DNA from: Acidobacteriota bacterium
GTDB lineage: Bacteria > Acidobacteriota > Blastocatellia > Pyrinomonadales > Pyrinomonadaceae
Direction of reading: 5' to 3'
Length of the DNA stretch: 62,719 nt
Assembly: GCA_031398645.1 (NCBI GenBank)
Contig: JANNNS010000338.1
Location: forward strand, 1-62,719
How positions within the stretch are numbered: position 1 is the stretch's first letter; each line of letters opens with the position of its first letter. Positions 9,170-16,346 of the stretch are shown one piece after another. The translations under genes and the position numbers were made by a program. The notes beneath the pieces are model-generated. The model had not been told where the DNA came from. It did not search any database and was given only the letters and a program-made list of their open reading frames with translations.

Positions 9170-10195
9170 TTATCGCACAACACGGAAGGTATAGTCACCA
9201 ACTATCTCCCGCTCTCCGGCCGAAGATGACCGCGTGACCGACAATGTATAGATCTGTCTTCTCAACAATCGAGCAGGTATATTCGCGGTGATAGAGCTCT
9301 GGTCGCCGGAACGCACCGCTGTCACCTTTCGGGTGTTCCAAATAACGCGATCTGTCGCGGGCTCCCTTAGCTCGACGGCGTAGGAATGCAGCTCGTTGGA
9401 CTCCAACTCAAGTCGGATGACCGCTCGGTCTGTATCTTCAGGCAGCGATATTTGTGGCAGTTGGCCGCTCGACCTCAGAGGTGGCGTCAAAACAAATGAA
9501 AGGATTCGAGGTATCGACGACTGGGCCTGCCTCCGAGGGATATCTGCCGGCCTTGCAGGTGGTCGTATACCAGGACGAGCTTGGGCTCGGGCAAGCTTTC
9601 GCTCTAGTTCCTCGCGTTCAGCGCGAAGCCGGGCAAGTTCGACCGATTCATCAGATAACTTAACCGTCCCGGGCGGATCTTGCGCCCTTCGTACCTCCGC
9701 TTGACGTTCCATGTCTTCCGCACGAGCCGACGCGGTATCGAGCTCACCCCGTAGCCGGGCGTTCTCGATAAAGAGCCAGCCGCCTAAAGCTGTCATGAGG
9801 ACTAGGCCCGCGGCGAACGCCAGCCGCAAGGTGGGCCACTCAAAAATGCGGCTTAAAAGCCCTTTCTCACTAACCAGTGCGGACGTCGATTCCGTCGCGG
9901 CATCAGCATTTACCGAAGCAAAAGTGTGAAATGCCGCGGCAAAATTTGCACGGTTTCGGCGGATCGGTGAGTTCAAGTAATAGCCCTCGAAATTTTTCAG
10001 ATCTGCACCGAGCAATTCGCCCTGATCGTAAGCATCGACCAGATCATACTCGACCGCTCGCAATCTCTCTGCGAACGCTTCATCCGTGACCGACAACTCA
10101 TCGATACGTTCGGCATCCGCCGCCGGCAGCGATCCGAGAAGGTAAGCGGAGAGTTGTCGATCGGTCAGTTCGCTCATAAGTTCGGTCGAACACAT
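9170..10195 (-). CDS. Single-pass membrane protein, anti-sigma-factor-like
   Basis: Sits between the ECF sigma gene and the CHAT gene with 38- and 46-nt gaps. The N-terminal ~120 aa are helical (LTDRQLSAYLLGSLPAADAERIDELSVTDEAFAERLRAVEYDLVDAY). One TM segment (LRLAFAAGLVLMTALGGWLFI) is followed by a coiled-coil and a beta-rich C-terminal domain. There is no HxxxCxxC zinc motif, so the anti-sigma assignment rests on position and topology. Confidence 0.6.
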   Translation of the reverse strand: MCSTELMSELTDRQLSAYLLGSLPAADAERIDELSVTDEAFAERLRAVEYDLVDAYDQGELLGADLKNFEGYYLNSPIRRNRANFAAAFHTFASVNADAATESTSALVSEKGLLSRIFEWPTLRLAFAAGLVLMTALGGWLFIENARLRGELDTASARAEDMERQAEVRRAQDPPGTVKLSDESVELARLRAEREELERKLARAQARPGIRPPARPADIPRRQAQSSIPRILSFVLTPPLRSSGQLPQISLPEDTDRAVIRLELESNELHSYAVELREPATDRVIWNTRKVTAVRSGDQSSITANIPARLLRRQIYTLSVTRSSSAGEREIVGDYTFRVVR

Positions 10196-10233
10196 CGGTG
10201 TTCAACTTTATAAGACAGACGGCAAAAAACATT

Positions 10234-10860
10234 TCATTTTCCGTCAACGCATTTTGTCACACATACCTCGAGCTTCTCACGGATGCGGCACGCCCTAATG
10301 CTAAGCGCGTTTGCCGTAATGCCCAGTTCACCAGCCATTTGCCTTCTATTTTCTATCTTTGTCCGCTCGACGCCGAAGTAATATCTGAGAATCAACGAGC
10401 GATTCGCTGGAACGAGGTTCTCCGAGCAACTCTCCAAACACTTAAATGTCCGCTCCTTTAGTTCCTGCTCCTCGTCGGAGTTGCTGACACCTGTTCGATC
10501 ACTGATCCGTCGCTCAAGAACATCATCCAGCGGAACTTCGCCCCGCCGTGCGTTATCACGAATGTACTCAAGGAAAACGAATCGAGCGACCGTGTAGCAG
10601 TACTTCGCGGGAGCTTCCGTAATGATCTCGCCTTCTTCTTCGAGTCGCCGGCCCACGCGGTTCAAAGTTTCGTCCGCAAGATTCACAGGCGTTTGACAGC
10701 CCTTCCTGTCAAAGTACGCAGTAAGTCGTTGCTGAATCGCGAGATACGACCGCCCGTCGGACTCGGTCCCATCGTCGAGCCAGGTCAGGAACGCTTTGAA
10801 TGCCCCCTCACTGAACTCCCACGACGACTTTTTGACCCGAGTTGTAGGCCGATCGTTCAT
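10234..10860 (-). CDS. ECF-type RNA polymerase sigma-70 family factor
   Basis: 208 aa. Region-2-like segment (YCYTVARFVFLEYIRDNARR). Region-4 HTH (RSLILRYYFGVERTKIENRRQMAGELGITANALSIRACRIREKL). No regions 1 or 3. Confidence 0.8.
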   Translation of the reverse strand: MNDRPTTRVKKSSWEFSEGAFKAFLTWLDDGTESDGRSYLAIQQRLTAYFDRKGCQTPVNLADETLNRVGRRLEEEGEIITEAPAKYCYTVARFVFLEYIRDNARRGEVPLDDVLERRISDRTGVSNSDEEQELKERTFKCLESCSENLVPANRSLILRYYFGVERTKIENRRQMAGELGITANALSIRACRIREKLEVCVTKCVDGK

Positions 10861-11448
10861 CTCTCGTTCGCTCGCCCTTTACGCATTCTGATGAATAGTC
10901 CCGAAATTGTACTCTGGATGCCGCGAGATCGCTAGGCGAATTTTCCTTAGACGAAAGCAAGGTATGGCCGCAGTATTGTGAGAATCTATCTCGAGTGAAG
11001 GTGGACCGACGCAGATATTTTCGACGTTCTGCATCGGAAGTAGTCCCGACCGACGCGGCCGCGGAATCGCAAAAATGGATTGGCATTCGGTGAAAAAGCT
11101 TTCGATACGAACTAATCACGAGCCACGATAGTCCCAAGGCCAAAAACAAAGCCGAGGCTACATCTGATTATGTACTAATTGTTGCTCGACGGCTTGAACA
11201 AAGCGAGCGACGCCTCTGTCCTGATGAAAGTCTCTGCGAGAAAAAGTCATCTGCAGCCCTTTCAATTTGTGGATTCTAGGTTTGATGTGGAGCAACTAAA
11301 TTCTTAGTTTGAACGAGTATTCGCCGTCAAGAACAACGGCCCGCCGGCGAAAAATCGGCAACGGTGAACTAAGATCACGTTTTTCCGTTGGTAATACCAA
11401 TTACTATCACTCTCGCGTTGAGAACTGGGTTAATTAGTGCGTCTAGAC

Positions 11449-11476
11449 TTGAAAATCTATCCAAATCCAATATAGT
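11449..11476 (+). promoter_or_regulatory. Putative sigma-70-type promoter of the ROK regulator gene
   Basis: TTGAAA (11449-11454), a 16-nt spacer, then TATAGT (11471-11476). Confidence 0.45.
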
Positions 11477-11485
11477 AGGTCTTGA

Positions 11486-11504
11486 TTGTTGTTCAACACA
11501 ACAA
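11486..11504. promoter_or_regulatory. Perfect inverted repeat, candidate ROK operator (autoregulation)
   Basis: TTGTTGT-tcaac-ACAACAA. It lies about 10 nt after the putative -10 and 28 nt before the ROK ATG. Confidence 0.45.
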
Positions 11505-11531
11505 AGAGGCCGAGGTCGTCGAAGGTCGAGA

Positions 11532-12725
11532 ATGAAGAAGATCTACTTACACAGGATCGAAGATCAGATAGCCCGGCACAATACGATCCGAGACATCAAC
11601 AAGCAAATAGTTCTCAATTATGTGAGGGCACGATCTCCTATTTCTCGAGCAGAAATAGCTCGTGAGACATCGCTTCAGCGCTCAACAGTTTCTGCGATCG
11701 TTGACGACCTGCTAGTCGAAAACCTCGTCGAAGAGACCGGTACGGGCGACTCGACGGGCGGACGCAAACCTACTCTTCTAAGACTAAAAACCGGCATTCC
11801 AGTTGCGATCGGTGTTGACGTGACCCCACGGGAAACATTTGTTGTAGCGGCCGACCTAGCTGGTAACTTGTTGCGATCCGAAAAGTTCCCCACCTCTTCG
11901 GATATCGTATACATGAATAAACAGATCACGGCGAAAGTGACTACGCTGATAGATGCGTACCCGTCTGCCAAGCTCGAGATTGGGATCAGCATTCCTGGAA
12001 TTGCGGACCCGTCCAGTGGTGGGATCCTTTACATTCCATATTTCCAGCTTGCCGACTGGGACATCGGTAAGCGCCTCACTGAGGCTACCGGGCTCGACGT
12101 AATCATTGATAATGACGCTAACGCAGTGGCTCTGGCCGAATTATGGTTCGGCCAAGAAGAAGTTCGAAAGACACGAAATTTCATCACCGTTTTGGTTGCC
12201 GAAGGAGTAGGTACCGGCATCATTATCGACGGGCAAGTGTACAGGGGCGAAAATGGAGCGGCCGGCGAATTTGGGCACATGTTTTTGGCCGAAAATGCGC
12301 CAGTCGAATGTTCCTGCGGCCGACGCGACTGCTGGGAGGCCCACGCATCTGAAAAAGCGATCCTCGCACAGTATCGGTCTAGCAGCGGTAATTCTGCGAA
12401 CGGATCGATAGATATCGAGCATCTCATCGGGCTCGCCAAAAATGGTGAAGACAACGCACTGAGAGTTCTAAAGTCAGCGGCCAAGAGCCTGGGCATCGGT
12501 ATCTCAAATCTTATAATCGGATTTAGTCCGCAAGCTGTGATCGTTAGCGGAAGCATTGTAAAAGCGTGGGATCTTATAAAAGAAGATATCCAAATACTGG
12601 GACAGCGTAGCATCCGGCAGGAGCTCAGCAATACTTCGATCATCGCGTCAACATTGGGCGATCAGCCGACAGTACTTGGATCGATAAGTTTGGTTTTGGC
12701 AAGAAAATTTGGCTCTGCTAACTAG
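11532..12725 (+). CDS. ROK-family transcriptional regulator (NagC/XylR type)
   Basis: The track ORF begins at 11388. I prefer the ATG at 11532 (MKKIYLHRIEDQIARHN...). N-terminal wHTH (ISRAEIARETSLQRSTVSAIVDDL). ROK sugar-kinase fold with the zinc motif CSCGRRDCWE and a GEFGH motif. Confidence 0.85.
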   Translation: MKKIYLHRIEDQIARHNTIRDINKQIVLNYVRARSPISRAEIARETSLQRSTVSAIVDDLLVENLVEETGTGDSTGGRKPTLLRLKTGIPVAIGVDVTPRETFVVAADLAGNLLRSEKFPTSSDIVYMNKQITAKVTTLIDAYPSAKLEIGISIPGIADPSSGGILYIPYFQLADWDIGKRLTEATGLDVIIDNDANAVALAELWFGQEEVRKTRNFITVLVAEGVGTGIIIDGQVYRGENGAAGEFGHMFLAENAPVECSCGRRDCWEAHASEKAILAQYRSSSGNSANGSIDIEHLIGLAKNGEDNALRVLKSAAKSLGIGISNLIIGFSPQAVIVSGSIVKAWDLIKEDIQILGQRSIRQELSNTSIIASTLGDQPTVLGSISLVLARKFGSAN

Positions 12726-12750
12726 CACGGCTGACAAGATTAATTTTCGC

Positions 12751-12779
12751 TTGACAAATTATTACAGATATATTAAAAC
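12751..12779 (+). promoter_or_regulatory. Putative promoter of the TonB-dependent receptor gene
   Basis: TTGACA (12751-12756), a 17-nt spacer, then TAAAAC (12774-12779). The -10 is weak, and an alternative TATTAA occurs at shorter spacing. Confidence 0.35.
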
Positions 12780-12781
12780 TT

Positions 12782-12802
12782 TGTTTGTTTCCACAACAAA
12801 CA
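12782..12802. promoter_or_regulatory. Perfect inverted repeat, candidate ROK operator at the receptor promoter
   Basis: TGTTTGTT-tccac-AACAAACA. It has the same TG/T-rich arms and 5-nt spacer architecture as 11486-11504, and the same position just after the putative -10. Confidence 0.45.
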
Positions 12803-12896
12803 TAGTCAGTTGAAAATAAATCAGCGCGGGCGCCAGTTAGCTCGATCCGCCAAGATCAGATCGGCGAAGGATACTGCGTAAACGAGGTGTCAGTAT

Positions 12897-15800
12897 ATGA
12901 ATAGAAAAATTTCGATAACCATTTTAGTATCACTGGTTTTGGTGGCTAGCCTTGCGTTAGGCGTGAGCGGACAGACCGAGACCGCACGAGTTCAGGGAAC
13001 GGTCACCGATTCGGCAGGAGCAGTTCTGGCGGGTGCGACCATAAAACTAGTTAGCGGTGCAACCGGCCGTGAGGTTACCGCCGTTAGCGGCTCCGACGGT
13101 AATTATTCAATATTGTCAGTTCAGCCGGGAAAATATCAGGTCGAGGTTACGCAAAGCAACTTTAAGACGACTAAGCAAGAAATAACCCTCGAGGTTGCTC
13201 AAAATGCGACCCTCGATTTTGCCTTGGAGACGGGAGCCGTCTCTGAGACCGTCACGGTAACTTATGACGTGCCGCAGGTCGAGACCGGTACTTCTGCCAT
13301 AGGCGAGGTGATCCAGGGCCGTGAGGCAGTCGAGCTCCCTCTTAATGGTAGAAATGTGCTCGAACTTGCCAGACTGACGCCCGGAGTGACACAGGGAATT
13401 CCCGGTGGATTTGCAACCGGGGTCAGTGGTAACGCCGAAACGTATCGGGCCAGAAATACCGGCGGCGCCGCGCTTTCCATTAACGGTCAACGAACGCAAG
13501 CGAACAACTTCCTTCTTGACGGAGTAGACAATAACGAATCTCTCGTAAACACGATCAACGTTTTTCCATCCGCCGAGGCGGTTCAGGAGTTTCGTGTGCA
13601 AACAAGCGTCGCGTCAGCGGAGTTCGGCCGCGGTGGTGGCGGCATAATCAATTCGGTCGTAAAGTCCGGCCGCAATCAATTTTACGGAAGTGCCTTCCTG
13701 TTTTTGAGGAATGACGAGCTGGATGCGAGGCCGACGTTTGAGGCAACAAAACGAGAGTTTCGCCGCGGCCAATTCGGAGGCTCATTCGGAGGGCCGATCT
13801 GGAAGGACCGGGCCTTCTTCTTCGGTGACTATGAAGGCTTGAGGCAATTCTTACCAGTCAGCCAGGATTTTGCGGCCGTCCCGACCGCGGCTTTCCGAAA
13901 CGGAGATTTTTCAGCTCTCACGACACAGCTACGCGATCCGCTAACCGGGTTGAACATTTGTGTAACAGGTACGACTACCAACGGCATACTTTGCACAGGC
14001 GGGAACGGAGTGGCGTTTAACCGCGTCGATCAACTTCCGGGCGGCCGAATGAATACAGTAGGCCTTGCATACCTGAGGGCCTTTCCCCTTCCGAACCTGA
14101 CGGGCACGCAAAGCAACTACGTTTCCACGCGAAACGAGACAACCAACACAAACACCTTCGATATTCGCGGTGACGTTAGCCTGAATGATAACCATCAGAT
14201 GTTTACTCGCGTAAGTTGGGGTAAATTCGATCAGACGACAACGTCGCGACTGCCGGCATTGCCGGCCGGCTTCGGCTCCGGGACCAACCCGACCCGAACT
14301 AAGGGAATCGTTGTGGGGCTAAACTCGGTCCTCGGCGGCTCAGTTGTAAACGAGCTTCGTTTGCAGGCAAACCGCATCAACTATGGCTACACGCCTCCCT
14401 TCTTTGATCGATCGATCTCGGCCGACCTCGGCATACCGAACGCGAACCGTGATTCTAGCCTTGGTGGCGGTGCCCTGATCGGCGGGTACAATGGACAGCT
14501 CGAATACACAGGGGACTTCGGCCCGTATTTAGTCCCTCAAGATACGCTGCAACTCGTTGATAGCGTCAGTTTCACGAAGGGTGATCACACCGTTAAGATC
14601 GGCGGAACGATCCTTCGCCGTGACGTGGCCCTCTACAGGCCAAACCGTGGCAAAGGCTACTTTTTCCTGATCGGCAACGGAGACCCTTCGCAGTGCGGGG
14701 GAGCCGCTTCGACCGGTTTCGAGCAGGCCGACTTGTTGATCGGATTTGTATGTAACTATCAAATCGGCCCGCCGTTTGGGACCGTCGGAACGCGAAATTG
14801 GGAAAACGGTATCTTTGTTCAGGATGACTGGAAGGTTTCGAAGAGGCTCACGCTCAATCTAGGCCTTCGTTATGAATTCTTTACGAATCCGACCGAAAGG
14901 TATGGCCGACAAGCAAACTTTGATCTCTCCAACGGACGATTGATCGCGGCTGCTGACGGAGGCGATTCGCTCACTGACACTGACACGAACAATTTTGGTC
15001 CGCGTGTCGGTTTTGCGTACGACCTCGACGGGAAAGGTAAATCGACTATTCGCGGCGGCTACGGATTATTCTACTATCTCGATCGCGGAGGAATCGATAA
15101 TCAGTTGGCCCAGAATCCACCTTACAGCGGTTTCTCGCAGTTCAACTACACGGATGGAGTCAGAATAACCCTGTCGGGTCGAGCACCAAATGGATCGCTG
15201 GATTCGCGCCTTGCAACTGGAGCCTTGCCCCTCGGCAGCGTCTCGGACGTAAACCTCAACAATCCACAGAACGTCACCGTTCTGGCCGTTAAACCTGACA
15301 ATAAAACATCCAACATTCATCAGTTTAATGTTCAGTATCAGCGCGAACTGACTAGCGATACTGTAATGAGCATTGGGTACGTAGGTACACGAGGCCGTAA
15401 TTTGATCCTCTACTACAACTTAAACGGTAACGTACGCGAGCCAGGCACGAATGTAGCCTGTCCAAACGGAAGAACCACGACTCCGTGTTATAGCAATGGC
15501 GGGAGAGTCAATGTTCGAGACGATATCGGAGAATCTCAATACGATTCGCTGCAAGTTCAGCTGGAGCGGCGCTTCTCAGGTGGGTGGCAATATCGCGCAG
15601 CCTACACATGGTCCAAAACGAAGGACAACGGCGAAGGAGCGTTTGATAGCGTTGCTGATCAGAACCTCAACTTTGTCGAACCGTTCGCTACTTCAAGGCT
15701 GGATTTTCCGCATGTTCTGTCGTTCGGAACGGTCTATGACATTCCATTCGGGCGCGGCCGTACCTGGGGTTCTGACATTCCGCGTGCACTGGACGCCGTG

Positions 15801-16223
15801 ATCGGCGGCTGGCAGATCAATGGTATATTCCGTGCTTCTAGCGGCCAGACCTTTGATGTACGCCGAGACGGAGTTCGCGTAAACTTGGTCGGCGACCCGT
15901 ACACAGGCAACAATCGGCAGTACCTAAATCGAGCGGCGTTTCAGGACGCACCGGCCGGACGTTTCGGTAATCTCGAAAGGAACGGGCTTCGAGGTCCATC
16001 GAACTGGCAGGTCAACTTTGGTCTGACAAAGAACTTCGCTGTCTATGAGACGTGGAAAATCCAATTCCGTGCGGAATTTTTCAACTTGTTCAACCGTCCG
16101 CAACTGACTCCGCCAAGTACCGACCTTAATAACACAAGTTCGGTCAATGGCTTCGGCGTAATAAACTCCACCTACGGGTTTACCAATCGCCAGATCCAGT
16201 TCGGTTTACGTCTCGAGTTTTAA
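12897..16223 (+). CDS. TonB-dependent outer-membrane receptor with an N-terminal carboxypeptidase-regulatory-like domain
   Basis: Signal peptide, then a CarboxypepD_reg-like domain (GTVTDSAGAVLAGATIKLVSGATGREVTAVSGSDGNYSILSVQPGKYQVEV). Plug-region motif ELPLNGRNVLELARLTPGV. The long beta-barrel ends in QIQFGLRLEF with a terminal Phe. Confidence 0.9.
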   Translation: MNRKISITILVSLVLVASLALGVSGQTETARVQGTVTDSAGAVLAGATIKLVSGATGREVTAVSGSDGNYSILSVQPGKYQVEVTQSNFKTTKQEITLEVAQNATLDFALETGAVSETVTVTYDVPQVETGTSAIGEVIQGREAVELPLNGRNVLELARLTPGVTQGIPGGFATGVSGNAETYRARNTGGAALSINGQRTQANNFLLDGVDNNESLVNTINVFPSAEAVQEFRVQTSVASAEFGRGGGGIINSVVKSGRNQFYGSAFLFLRNDELDARPTFEATKREFRRGQFGGSFGGPIWKDRAFFFGDYEGLRQFLPVSQDFAAVPTAAFRNGDFSALTTQLRDPLTGLNICVTGTTTNGILCTGGNGVAFNRVDQLPGGRMNTVGLAYLRAFPLPNLTGTQSNYVSTRNETTNTNTFDIRGDVSLNDNHQMFTRVSWGKFDQTTTSRLPALPAGFGSGTNPTRTKGIVVGLNSVLGGSVVNELRLQANRINYGYTPPFFDRSISADLGIPNANRDSSLGGGALIGGYNGQLEYTGDFGPYLVPQDTLQLVDSVSFTKGDHTVKIGGTILRRDVALYRPNRGKGYFFLIGNGDPSQCGGAASTGFEQADLLIGFVCNYQIGPPFGTVGTRNWENGIFVQDDWKVSKRLTLNLGLRYEFFTNPTERYGRQANFDLSNGRLIAAADGGDSLTDTDTNNFGPRVGFAYDLDGKGKSTIRGGYGLFYYLDRGGIDNQLAQNPPYSGFSQFNYTDGVRITLSGRAPNGSLDSRLATGALPLGSVSDVNLNNPQNVTVLAVKPDNKTSNIHQFNVQYQRELTSDTVMSIGYVGTRGRNLILYYNLNGNVREPGTNVACPNGRTTTPCYSNGGRVNVRDDIGESQYDSLQVQLERRFSGGWQYRAAYTWSKTKDNGEGAFDSVADQNLNFVEPFATSRLDFPHVLSFGTVYDIPFGRGRTWGSDIPRALDAVIGGWQINGIFRASSGQTFDVRRDGVRVNLVGDPYTGNNRQYLNRAAFQDAPAGRFGNLERNGLRGPSNWQVNFGLTKNFAVYETWKIQFRAEFFNLFNRPQLTPPSTDLNNTSSVNGFGVINSTYGFTNRQIQFGLRLEF

Positions 16224-16310
16224 TACAGAGTCCGACCGAAAGAGTTCGCGGGGCCAGCAACAGCAAAGTGAACTCCAGGCGGGTCGGGCAAACTGCTTGT
16301 TCTTTTCAGA

Positions 16311-16346
16311 GGCGTGAAAGATAATCATTTTCACGCCTCTTTTTTT
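16311..16346 (+). terminator. Rho-independent terminator after the receptor gene
   Basis: GGCGTGAAA-gataatcat-TTTCACGCC followed by TCTTTTTTT. The next gene's ATG (16347) abuts the T-tract. Confidence 0.7.

Noticed and set aside
10808-11149. A 113-aa minus-strand ORF in the sigma-to-ROK intergenic region.
   Set aside because: It overlaps the sigma gene's start in another frame, has no SD, and its composition looks non-coding. The 670-nt gap is more likely a divergent promoter region.
11388-11531. N-terminal extensions offered by the ORF track. These affect ROK (11388), the MFS gene (21690), the quinone oxidoreductase (38892), the exported protein (27563), the first GH13 (16314), the giant gene (57661) and the metzincin (1676).
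   Set aside because: In each case an internal start gives a canonical N-terminus (wHTH, signal peptide or family start) and/or has an SD. The extension instead overlaps the upstream gene, a terminator stem or the SD itself.
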